The notes under the pieces were generated by a model. The model worked only from the letters and a program-made list of their open reading frames with translations, did no database searches and was not told the DNA's origin. A stretch of DNA of 64,000 bases, taken from positions 62,930,001 through 62,994,000 of the forward strand of contig NC_043001.1 of the NCBI RefSeq assembly GCF_006345805.1, given 5' to 3'. This DNA is from Octopus sinensis (taxonomy: Eukaryota). Positions within the stretch are counted from its first letter, which is position 1. Each line of letters starts with the position of its first letter. Positions 13,465-24,640 of the stretch are shown here, in pieces. The translations under genes and the position numbers were made by a program.

Positions 13465-14205
13465 TAGAAATATGTTACAAAAAGGAAATAGAAACTACAC
13501 GTGGAAATGTAAGGGGAAAGTAAGAAAAATCAACGAAAATGCACATTGTAAATAAAAAAGAAAAGGCTTTTTATGAAAGGTAACGACAGATATATACAAT
13601 TAGATGAACTGAGGTAGAAATAAAAGTAATAAAAGTCATAAAAGTCATTATTATGAGATTATTAAAGAGATTCAGGCATACCGCGGTTTCGCAATATACT
13701 ATTCATTGCTGTGAATGAACAGCGGCTAATAGCCGGTGTCAGGTCTAATAGTTCCTGAGTAAAAAGATTATTTGTAAGGGAGGTAAGTAGTTCTAGATTT
13801 TGTGCAGTTAGGTAAGATATAGAATTGTAATGTGAATGGTGTAAGGGATGAATGGGGTTAGTGGTGTTCTGTATTATATTATGTGTTCATATTTAGTTGT
13901 GGAAAATATCTATTGATGAAAGTTGCCTCTTTATTCATTCTTTGCTGCATTGATAGAAGGGGAAAATTTGGAGATTAGGATTAAGATTCCTAGCACACCT
14001 TTCTATGTGTTCACTAACCTGTAACTGTCTGTATTGTGGGTGGCGGATTTGTTCTTTGTGGATAGTGGTTCTTCGACGGAGTGATATTCCTGTTTGTCCA
14101 ATATAGTTGTTACCACATCCTAAGCATGTCATGGCATAGATTCGATTTTCCGAGACACAGGTGAAATTTGATTTGATCTTAAATATTTCACCTTGTTTGA
14201 AGAGG
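13465..14205 (-). mobile_element. Penelope-like element 3' fragment with GIY-YIG endonuclease remnant
   Basis: ORF 13935-14249: NFTCVSENRIYAMTCLGCGNNYIGQTG...HKEQIRHPQYRQLQVSEHI. Downstream HHR half-motif GCAAT...ATTGC GAAAC CGCG GTA at 13671-13720. Confidence 0.85.
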
Positions 14206-14254
14206 AATTCTGAGGAGGGTACAAAAAGAGACCGATAGAGTAAGTACAAGGCTT

Positions 14255-14345
14255 AAAACATAAGATCTGGGGTCGATTTGTTCGACTAAAATCCTTAAAC
14301 ACGGTGCTCCAGCATGGCCGCAGTCAAACGACTAAGACAAGTAAA
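14255..14345 (+). mobile_element. SINE 3' tail fragment
   Basis: ggggtcgatttgttcgactaa...ggtgctccagcatggccgcagtc, same as the tail of 3860-4240. Confidence 0.75.
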
Positions 14346-14430
14346 CTAATAAAAGAAAATATATACACATACGGGAACTCGCATATATCTGAATAGAGAT
14401 TCATGTACATAAACATATACACACAAGCAC

Positions 14431-14470
<40 letters not shown>

Positions 14471-14485
14471 ATGTGTGTGTATGTA

Positions 14486-14820
14486 GGCGCAAGAGTGACT
14501 GTGTGGTAAATAGCTTGCTTACCAACCACATGGTTCCAGGTTCATTCCTACTGCGTGCACCTTGGGCAAGTGTCTTCTACTATAACGTCGGGCCGACCAA
14601 AACCTTGTGAGATTTGGTAGACGAAAACTGAAAGAGGTCCGTGGTATATATGCATATATATATATATATACATACATGTATATGTGTATATATGTTTGTA
14701 TGTCTGTGTTTGTCCCCCCAACAACGCTCGACAACCGATGCTGGTGTGTTTCCGTGTGCCCGTAACTTAGCGATTCGGCAAAAGTGACCGATAGAATAGG
14801 TACTAGGCTTACAAAGAATA
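14486..14820 (+). mobile_element. tRNA-derived SINE
   Basis: Homologous to 3860-4240. Confidence 0.85.
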
Positions 14821-14895
14821 CGTCCTGTTCAAAGAATACGTCCTATATAAACATTATATTTATAAGCCCTAAGCATTCACTCCATGATTGCCCAC

Positions 14896-15035
14896 GTGCA
14901 TATGGCGTAATGGTTAAGAGCACGGGCTACTAATCCCAAGATTCTGAGTTCGATTCCAAGCAGTGACCTGAGCAATAATAATAGTAATATTGATAACAAC
15001 GAAAATACCTTAAGTATGAGAACCCAGGTTCGAAT
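14896..15035 (+). mobile_element. Short tRNA-derived SINE
   Basis: A-box-like TGGCGTAATGG and B-box GTTCGATTCC (14949-14958) followed by non-tRNA sequence with an (AAT)n stretch. Confidence 0.65.
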
Positions 15036-15559
15036 GTTTAGGGCTTATAAATCTAATATTTTTCTATCTTCCCTTAATACTTGTTCCCATATGCTGCTCA
15101 TATTTGCACTCGGTCTGCTTAAGAGGTTGTTGTGTCCTAACATATGTTTTGCTTCTTTTAGTTTTCGTATTTTCCAGTGATGTTCCCTGTCTATTATTTT
15201 AAAAAACCGAAACGTGATGTTAACAACAGGCAAGAATGAATCCATTGAATGTAAATAATGTAAATAATGCAGCAAATATTCTGCTCAATACCACAAATTT
15301 GCTTATCAGTTTGACCGTAACCAGTTGGGTATGACCTTTGGTGGCTAACGATATGATCATCTCTGATCACGAGAAGTAGTTGGGGAGCATCATAGCAATT
15401 CTTGTTGAGAGCAATTCTTTGGAGTTTGATTAATTCACCTCTGAAAAAGCGAGTGTTTCGTTCAACATCCTTAAATAACCCTTATTCAAGGACCATTTCA
15501 GCGGTATGGGATACTCAACACGAAGAAAATTCTAACTGCAGCCCTACTGCCACATGGTG

Positions 15560-16646
15560 CGTCTTTACTTTGCAGTGCTTCTCCCCTGTTCGTTGAGTTT
15601 CCCCATGGCTGAAAAGAAGAGACATCGTGCTTCCAAGAAATTGTGTTTTCTTCTCGGGAAATCGGCGGACGAAAGAACTGTCATGCTTCAAGCAAGGACG
15701 CTGCCATGAGCAAAATGCAAGCTTGCGAATGGCTTTCACACTTTAGTCCAACCTCGCTCAGGGCGACCGTTGACCTCCCGAACATGTGAAAACATCACGA
15801 AAATTCATGAAATTTGAGGACCGTCACCGAACAATTGGCGAACTTGTTGCTATGACTGGTATGACCTGGAGCTCTTCCCAACGAATTTTGATCGAGGAAT
15901 TGCAAAAAATCTGTGCCTTACGTGCTCACGGATGATCAAAAAGAGTTACGACTGAATGCGTGTCATGGACTGAAAGAACAGTTTTATGTTGATCCGGACC
16001 TTTTTTCGAAGATCATCACTGGGGACGATAGCTGGTGTTGTGGCTACCACCCGGAAATAAAACAGTAATCATGTCAGTGGAAGCAATCAATGTCACCACG
16101 CCCCCTAAGAGTACGTCAAGTGAAGTCCATTGTCAAGACGATGTTGATTTTTCTTATCGATGCGAAAGGAAGTGGCCACACAGTATGTGTTCCTCCAGGT
16201 CAAATTGTTATCAAGACATTTTATTTGGCAGTTCTGAGACACAGCAAGACGAAAATTCCCAGACCAATGACAAAGTGGAGAGTGGTGACTTCATTATCAC
16301 AATGTACCTTCGCATACCCCCTTGAGTGTGAGATAGACTTTGACCAAAAATGGCATGTCCCCGCTTCACTCACCCTAACTGTTCACCTGATATTGCCTTG
16401 CTCCTTGCAACTTTTTTTAAAGTCCTTAAAGTTAAACGTTTTGCAGATGTGGAAGAGGTGAAGAAAACAATCGACAGAAATGTTAAAAGGAATCACTTCG
16501 CAAGAGTTCTAGAACTGCTTCGAACAGGGGAAAACGCCTCTGGACCGATGCATTACTCCAAATTGAGAATACTTTAAAGGTGATGTAAAACTAAACGAAT
16601 AAAATTTGCAAAATTTGCAAAATTCCGGTTCGAGTACTGCCTCGTA
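15560..16646 (+). mobile_element. Decayed mariner (Tc1/mariner) transposon
   Basis: KKLCFLLGKS N-terminus, ITGDDSWC...YHPE and VKTMLIFLIDAKG catalytic-domain remnants; right end aattccggtt...cctcg|ta; many stops and frameshifts. Confidence 0.85.
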
Positions 16647-17476
16647 TATTATATAAATGTATATACATATAAAGAAATTAGCACACTAGAATTGTTTAAC
16701 GTGTAAAAGCAATAACATTAATTTGTATTGCAACCATGAGTGACACTTGTATATTTCAATAATATTTTCTTATTTATTGTGCAACATATCTATGAGAATT
16801 TCGTAACAATGTAATATTTATTACAATATTACAAGTATTCATTTTAATAACTACGATAATATAAATATTATTATTCAAGTATCATTAAAAACATTATGCT
16901 CCCTTCTTTTATTAACATAGCGAATAAATCCAATACGATTAATGACACAGATCATAAGTCTTTTCATTTACATCTTTTCAACTATAGTTTTACTTTATTA
17001 ATGTTTTCTGTTTTTTCTTATTTTAATATATATTATTTTCTCTTTATAGATTTTCCTTCCATTTTTTCAATCTCATTTTCCTAATTTGTATTTATTATTG
17101 AGCATAAATACAACATATTGATAAACTATGACCGGCATAGAGGGTAATAGTAAACTTGCTAAATTATAAATTCAACCGAATGTTATGAGCCGTATATTTT
17201 CCTCTGTGTGTGTGTCTATTGTGTGTGTATGATTGTTTGTGTGTGCGTGCGTATGTATATATATATATATATATAAGTAGACAAATGAATTATCTTATTA
17301 CGGATAATTCGAAAGATAAACGATACCTGGGTAGCAAACTCACAACAGAAAGGGCACGGTTGAAGTTACGACCATAGGGCATAAAATCCGTGCCTTAGTG
17401 CGGAAATTTGAAGTTTTATATATTAAGTATAGGAAAGATGGAGCTGAACGAAGATTTAACAAAATTCCTTTATTTT

Positions 17477-17562
17477 ATTTTCGACATATGTTTCGAAGTC
17501 TGCAAAGTCCCTAATTCCGAGTGAATAAGGAGTCCATTATGCAGCTTTCTCTTCAGGAAAAT
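17477..17562 (-). ncRNA. Type I hammerhead ribozyme, intact core
   Basis: ATTTTC|CTGAAGA|GAAAGCTGCA...TGCAGACTTC|GAAAC ATAT GTC|GAAAAT: G10.1-C11.1 pair, palindromic loop III, GUC site. Confidence 0.8.
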
Positions 17563-17721
17563 CCAGGAACTTAATTCTCCAACAAAATGCACAACAAGCT
17601 TTTCGACGACTGCTCACGAGGAACCCATAAATAGACATTTTTTATCATTATTTTTATGGGTTCCTCGTGAGCAGTCGTCGAAAAGCTTGTTGTGCATTTT
17701 GTTGGAGAATTAAGTTCCTGG

Positions 17722-17804
17722 ATTTTCCTGAGAGAAAGCTGCATAATGGACTCCTTATTCACTCGGAATTAGGGACTTTGCAGACTTCGAAACATGTCGA
17801 AAAT
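17722..17804 (+). ncRNA. Degenerate hammerhead (right palindrome arm)
   Basis: Same motif, but core CTGAGA (1-nt deletion) and loop III shortened to AT. Confidence 0.6.
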
Positions 17805-18170
17805 AAAATAAAGTAATTTTGTTAAATCTTCGTTCAGCTCTATTCTTTCCTATACTTACTATATATATATATATATATATATTTCAACAATTGAGGGTAA
17901 AATTAATTAATTATTAATCAATTTTACCAAGTATTCAGTATGTAAAGGGACCATTTAAGGCGAATTCAAATTATTACGTTATATAAAAGGGCTTAGTAAA
18001 ATAAATTACTTTGCCACATACTGAACTCATTAGAAATAGCAGCTAAAAAAAATTTTTTTTAAACTATTTCCAATACTTAAAGAAAATCTCTCTCATATAG
18101 TGCTTGCTCAAGTCAACTCACGAAGATATGGGGGTAAAGACATTAAAAAATCACAAATGCAAAGGTTATT

Positions 18171-18222
18171 TGAGAACGTACGTTTCTAGATTAGTCAAAT
18201 CGACATTTCTTTCGCCAGCTCA
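18171..18222 (-). ncRNA. Type I hammerhead, A6G core variant (unit 1)
   Basis: TGAG|CTGGCGA|A-AGA..GTC GATTT GAC..TCT-A|GAAAC GTAC GTT|CTCA. Confidence 0.65.
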
Positions 18223-18732
18223 GAACTCCTTGATTCGGATTTGGGAACACTGAAAGCGGGAGCATACCCTTTTGGCTTCTTATCACTTCCGGAGTCCTGC
18301 TCCAACTACCAGTGCTATCAAATTCAAAATATGCAAGCGAAGAATTTCTGCTCTCCCCTTTCCACCAGCGTGGGTTAAAATTAGTAAACACTATGTTTTA
18401 TCGGTAAAAACCGAAGCATTAAATAGAGAGAAATGAATTATAATTTCAACAATTGAGGGTAAAATTAATTAATTATTAATCAATTTTACCAAGTATTCAG
18501 TATGTAAAGGGACCATTTAAGGCGAATTCAAATTATTACATTATATAAAAGGGCTTAGTAAAATAAATTACTTTGCCACATACTGAACTCATTAGAAATA
18601 GCAGCTAAAAAAAATTTTTTTTAAACTATTTCCAATACTTAAAGAAAATCTCTCTCATATAGTGCTTGCTCAAGTCAACTCACGAAGATATGGGGGTAAA
18701 GACATTAAAAAATCACAAATGCAAAGGTTATT

Positions 18733-18784
18733 TGAGAACGTACGTTTCTAGATTAGTCAAATCGACATTTCTTTCGCCAGCTCA
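18733..18784 (-). ncRNA. Type I hammerhead, A6G core variant (unit 2)
   Basis: Identical to 18171-18222. Confidence 0.65.
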
Positions 18785-19295
18785 GAACTCCTTGATTCGG
18801 ATTTGGGAACACTGAAAGCGGGAGCATACCCTTTTGGCTTCTTATCACTTCCGGAGTCCTGCTCCAACTACCAGTGCTATCAAATTCAAAATATGCAAGC
18901 GAAGAATTTCTGCTCTCCCCTTTCCACCAGCGTGGGTTAAAATTAGTAAACACTATGTTTTATCGGTAAAAACCGAAGCATTAAATAGAGAGAAATGAAT
19001 TATAATTTCAACAATTGAGGGTAAAATTAATTAATTATTAATCAATTTTACCAAGTATTCAGTATGTAAAGGGACCATTTAAGGCGAATTCAAATTATTA
19101 CATTATATAAAAGGGCTTAGTAAAATAAATTACTCTGCCACATACTGAACTCATTAGAAATAGCAGCTAAAAAAAATTTTTTTTAAAACTATTTCCAATA
19201 CTTAAAGAAAATCTCTCTCATATAGTGCTTGCTCAAGTCAACTCACGAAGATATGGGGGTAAAGAAATTAAAAAATCACAAATGCAAAGGTTATT

Positions 19296-19347
19296 TGAGA
19301 ACGTACGTTTCTAGATTAGTCAAATCGACATTTCTTTCGCCAGCTCA
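19296..19347 (-). ncRNA. Type I hammerhead, A6G core variant (unit 3)
   Basis: Identical to 18171-18222. Confidence 0.65.
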
Positions 19348-19507
19348 GAACTCCTTGATTCGGATTTGGGAACACTGAAAGCGGGAGCATACCCTTTTGG
19401 CTTCTTATCACTTCCGGAGTCCTGCTCCAACTACCAGTGCTATCAAATTCAAAATATGCAAGCGAAGAATTTCTGCTCTCCCCTCCGGAAGTGATAAGAA
19501 GCCAATA

Positions 19508-19870
19508 AGAGCAGAAATTCTTCGCTTGCATATTTTGAATTTGATAGCACTGGTAGTTGGAGCAGGACTCCGGAAGTGATAAGAAGCCAAAAGGGTATGC
19601 TCCCGCTTTCAATGTTCCCAATCCGAATCAAGGAGTTCTGAGCTGACGAAAGAAATGTCGATTTGACTAATCTAGAAACGTACGTTCTCAAATAACCTTT
19701 GCATTTGTGATTTTTTAATGTCTTTACCCCCATATCTTCGTGAGTTGACTTGAGCAAGCACTATATGAGAGAGATTTTCTTTAAGTATTGGAAATAGTTT
19801 TAAAAAATTTTTTTTAGCTGCTATTTCTAATGAGTTCAGTATGTGCCAAAGTAATTTATTTTACTAAGCC

Positions 19871-19878
<8 letters not shown>
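19508..19878 (+). repeat. Inverted partial copy of the 562-bp unit (fold-back on unit 3)
   Basis: Reverse complement of ~19105-19479. Confidence 0.93.
19639..19690 (+). ncRNA. Type I hammerhead ribozyme, intact CUGACGA core
   Basis: TGAG|CTGACGA|AAGAAATGTCGATTTGACTAATCTA|GAAAC GTAC GTT|CTCA; palindromic loop III, GUU site. Confidence 0.78.
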
Positions 19879-19927
<49 letters not shown>

Positions 19928-20010
19928 GGTCCCGGGTTGATTCGGGGTTAACCACAGTAAATAAGGTACTCAATACATAGTAGAATAAAATTAATTTATT
20001 ATATAGAAGG

Positions 20011-20061
20011 AGCTTCTACAGGACTAGAACTGTTTCATTCAAGAGAAATCTTCAGGAAGCT
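20011..20061 (-). ncRNA. Type I hammerhead ribozyme, intact core
   Basis: AGCTTC|CTGAAGA|T-TTC TCTT GAA-T|GAAA CAG TTCTAGTC CTG TA|GAAGCT; GUA site. Confidence 0.8.
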
Positions 20062-20289
20062 AGTTAACAAGAATTGTATTGGCATTTATACATTTAGGCA
20101 GGTTTAAAGGGGTGTTGGTGGGGGACTTTTTGGGGGTAGGCATAGCGCAAAATATCATACTTGGGGGAGTGGTCAAGGAGTCAGTGTTAAATTGGATAGA
20201 AGAATAAATAAAAATATTAAAAAATATATAAAAAAATATATAAAAATATATATAAAAAAAGGGAATAGAGTTTTAGGTAAATAAGGAGA

Positions 20290-21462
20290 TTCTCACTTAT
20301 ACCTATGCACATATGTATACATATATACACACACATACAAACATATATACATATACATACACACATACGTACACACACACATATATACATATATATACAC
20401 TTACACATACATATACATATCTACACATACACATATGTATACATACACACACTCACATGCATACACGTATACACACATGTATATACACACACGACCACAC
20501 ATACATATACACACAGAAAAATATATATACACATACACACACATACTCACATACACGCATACACACACATATCTACACACACATACCACACACCATATGC
20601 ACACACAGCACACTAGTCCCTATATACACATATATACACACATACACACACTATACACACACATACATATACATACATATAATATATAATATATATATAT
20701 ATTATATATATATATACATATGTGTACCTATGCATACCTACACATACACACATATATATATACACATACAAATACAGACCCATTCCCTAATTTTAATTTT
20801 ATTATCTTCATTTATTACTTTTGTTATCTTTGATCGCTGGTCACAAACATCTTGGCTATGACAGCCAGTCCATTTATCTGTCTACTGGAAACAAGCACTC
20901 ATTTACTCACGCACACTCTTTAGCACGTACACTCACTCATTCGCACACTCATACACATACACGCACGCACGCGTTATATTCATACATACATACATCTACA
21001 TACATTCACGTATATACACATACGTACGCGTACCTACAGATTCATGTCTACACTCTTAGAAGGCTAGTCTATACATATACACAATAAATATAAATACACA
21101 CACATACATATACACCTACATACAAATACATACATGTATATATATATATATACATATATATACATATTCACATATATATACATACATATATATATTATAC
21201 ATATATATATATATATATATATACATATACAAATATACATATATACATATATATACACATACATATACACACACATACACATACATACATATACACACAT
21301 ACACATACATACGTATACATACATATATACATCCATACATCCATACATACATACATTTATACACATACACACACCCACACGTATACATATACGTACATAT
21401 ATATACGCGCATGCATGCACATACAAATACATACACATACGCATATACATACATACACATAT

Positions 21463-21505
<43 letters not shown>

Positions 21506-21817
21506 CACACACATACATATACATACATACATATACAAATATACGCACACACATACATACTCATATACACATACACGCACATACACATGTACATGCGTAC
21601 CCATACACACACACACACGCGCGCATCCATATATACACATAAGTACACACATGCGTAAAAGTATACATATATCTATGCTTACACATACACACACACACAC
21701 GTGCCTCCTTATATTCATACTTACATGCATACTCAAAAAATAAATAATAAATATTAAGTATATGTACGTGCAGTTACCTATTATATAGACGGATACATAC
21801 ATATAAACTTACACACG

Positions 21818-21855
<38 letters not shown>

Positions 21856-22072
21856 TACACACATATATATACACATACACATATACACATATATATACAC
21901 ACATATATACACATATATATATATATATATACATACTTACACACATGTACAAATACATACACACATAGATAACTCTACGTACCTACATATACATAAACAC
22001 ACGAGCGTACACGTATATGTACATATACACATACACATACACACGCATATATACATACATACACATACACAC

Positions 22073-22169
<97 letters not shown>

Positions 22170-22608
22170 TATACATGTGTGCAAACATACATACATACTC
22201 ATACACGCACACACTTACATATACATATATACACACACTTACACACATATATACATACACATATACATACATACATACATATATATGCATACATACAACA
22301 CACACTATCATATACATACATACACATACACATACCTATACATATATATATACACGCATATATACACATGCACATACTTATATCTCTACATACTCGCATA
22401 TACATATATATATATATATATACACACACATATATATACGCATCTACAGTTGTATCTACACTACATACATGCACATACAATAACTCTACATACCTACATA
22501 TACATCGACATACTCGCGTACACTCATATATATACACATATATACATATACACACACACATACATATACATATATATATAAATATATACATAATACACAT
22601 ATACACAC

Positions 22609-22647
<39 letters not shown>

Positions 22648-22652
22648 CACAC

Positions 22653-22701
<49 letters not shown>

Positions 22702-23099
22702 CATACACATACATACATGTACATATACATATACATACACATATATACACACACATACATATATCAACAATTGAGGGTAAAGTTAATTAGTTATTAATCA
22801 ATTTCACCAAGTATTCAGTATGTAAAAGGACCATTATTTTTTTGAGTAAATAATGTCTGAGGGAAAATATTCTCTAAGTAGTGGAAGAGGCTAAAAAACT
22901 TTTTTGGCTGCTATTTCTAGAAAGTTCAATGTGTGGCAAAGTAATTTATTTTACTAAGCCCTAATTATATAATATTTTATACATACATACACATACATAC
23001 ACACATACATATACACATACATATGCATACACACATATATACATTTATACATACATACATATATACATATATACACACACACACACACACTCACGCACC

Positions 23100-23146
<47 letters not shown>

Positions 23147-23170
23147 TTTACATACATACACACACACACA
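20290..23170. repeat. Compound (CA)/(TA) microsatellite mosaic
   Basis: Direct reading; source of the YIHT/MCVY pseudo-ORFs. Confidence 0.92.
22765..22975. mobile_element. Short relative of the 562-bp pLTR family (rearranged ends)
   Basis: tcaacaattgagggtaaa...ggaccatt start joined to the inverted ggctgctatttcta...ttactaagccc segment. Confidence 0.7.
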
Positions 23171-23336
23171 CACATAATACATGCGTATATTCTACTATAC
23201 CCATACATTTCTTATACATATTACGATACACATATACAAGCGTGCACATACAATATTTGAAAGGTCTTAGGAGAAAAGGTAATCGGGGGTGCTAGGGGAA
23301 CGGTGGGATTGGGGGGGTTTTGTGGGTGGGGTGTCA

Positions 23337-23546
23337 TCAATCTGGTTGCCGGGTAGGTCTATAGTTCTTGTAGTTCGCATACTTCTTATGCATGCAATTT
23401 GGGGAGTGTTCTGAGATTTTAAGGAGAGGGCCTTTGGCGAACAAGATCTCTAGGCTCTCCGATATGCAGAGGTCACAGCAGGTATGGGCTCTTGTGTACG
23501 AGCGCGCCTTCTGTAGTAGTTTCCACTTGGTCTTGAAGGGGATGGA
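23337..23546 (-). pseudogene. Penelope-like GIY-YIG C-terminal remnant
   Basis: KTKWKLLQKARSYTRAHTCCDLCISESLEILFAKGPLLKISE...CMHKKY matches the W..L...Y...C.LC..E....LLN..SE...C.H pattern of PLE endonuclease tails. Confidence 0.7.
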
Positions 23547-23718
23547 GTTTATATATTTTTTAATTTTTTAATTTATTCTTCTATCTAATTTAACACTGAC
23601 TCCTTGACCACTCCCCCAAGTATGATATTTTGCGCTATGCCTACCCCCAAAAAGTCCCCCACCAACACCCCTTTAAACCTGCCTAAATGTATAAATGTCA
23701 ATACAATTCTTGTTAACT

Positions 23719-23769
23719 AGCTTCCTGAAGATTTCTCTTGAATGAAACAGTTCTAGTCCTGTAGAAGCT
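23719..23769 (+). ncRNA. Type I hammerhead ribozyme, intact core
   Basis: Exact reverse complement of 20011-20061. Confidence 0.8.
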
Positions 23770-23802
23770 CCTATATAATAAATATATGTGTATATATATA
23801 TA

Positions 23803-23833
<31 letters not shown>

Positions 23834-23871
23834 GTGTGTACATATATATATGTATATATATATATACTATG

Positions 23872-23919
<48 letters not shown>

Positions 23920-23923
<4 letters not shown>

Positions 23924-24640
23924 ACTTGTCTCTTCCTCTCTCTCTCCCCCTCACCGTTCTTCATGGTCTCCTCGCACCATTCCCCTTCTTCTCTCTCTTC
24001 CTCTTGACCTCCTCCCCCATTCCCGTCGTCCATCTGCGACGATACTTCCGTCGTAACTGCTATCCTGTCTTTTCTCGCCCGCCTTCTAAGGCTACTGGTC
24101 GACTTCTTTCTCTCTCGTCGTCCACTATAATCCAGCGTTTGCAATACTTTTTTCGTCTGGCGTTAACAGCCCTTCTATCTTGTTCTCCTTGTCCTGTCTC
24201 TCACTGTTATATATTTATTTTTCCACTGTTTATATATATATTTTTTACTGTTTATATGTTTGTACTGTCGTTACCGTCTTGCTTTTTTACCCCTCTGCGA
24301 AAAGATCTCAGAATTTTAATTGATTTGCTTTTCGCAGGAAGGAAGTTTTCTTCGAAGTATACGTCTCGCTTTTATCCTTCGAAACGTTTAGTAGATGAAA
24401 CCTTAGCGACTGAAGAAGGGGATTTTTCGTTGTGCTTATTGTCCTGTATTTCTTTTTTTGCTTGTCTTGTTCCTTGGTTTGTGTCTATGTTTTTCGTCTC
24501 TCTATGTGTTCGACGTCTTTTTGGTGTCCTGTACACATATATGCGTGTATATGTACATGTAGAGGTAGGTACGTACATATATGTTTATATATATATGCAT
24601 ATGTTCTATTTTATTAACATATATATATATATATACATAT
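23920..24640 (+). mobile_element. Non-coding repeat (pyrimidine-rich body plus LTR-like block), same family as 51286-52477
   Basis: Shared ttttacccctctgc...tttgcaggaagg...ctga(a/t)gaagggga...ggtgtcctgtac blocks. Confidence 0.65.

Larger units (their letters stand above)
17417..17865. repeat. Long palindrome (~215-bp arms, 21-nt loop at 17632-17652) of an HHR-bearing pseudo-LTR
   Basis: Arms are near-perfect reverse complements. Confidence 0.92.
17881..19484 (-). repeat. Head-to-tail array of a ~562-bp HHR-bearing unit (2.85 copies)
   Basis: Units start at 17881, 18443 and 19005; only a handful of differences between copies. Confidence 0.95.
19925..23782 (-). mobile_element. 5'-truncated Penelope-like element with inverted pseudo-LTRs and microsatellite-expanded 3' region
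   Basis: GIY-YIG C-terminal remnant at 23337-23546 (-); HHR-bearing pLTR at ~20000-20225 (-) and its inverted copy at ~23555-23782 (+). Confidence 0.75.

Noticed and set aside
14896-14970. tRNA gene (also heads at 3860, 14486, 40876, 57110)
   Set aside because: A/B boxes present but no complete cloverleaf, and they run into SINE bodies.
17353-17394. Hammerhead inside hairpin GGCACGG/CCGTGCC
   Set aside because: Core TTGAAGT and no GAAA/stem III; only a hairpin is supported.
18191-19757. Repeated 60-100 aa ORFs in the tandem array
   Set aside because: No recognisable domain; identical only because the DNA is repeated.
20217-23295. Long Y/I/H/T/C/V-rich ORFs (also 4701-6200, 9397-10258, 33667-34572, 50608-55831)
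   Set aside because: Translations of (TA)/(CA)/(TG) repeats, which lack stop codons; not proteins.
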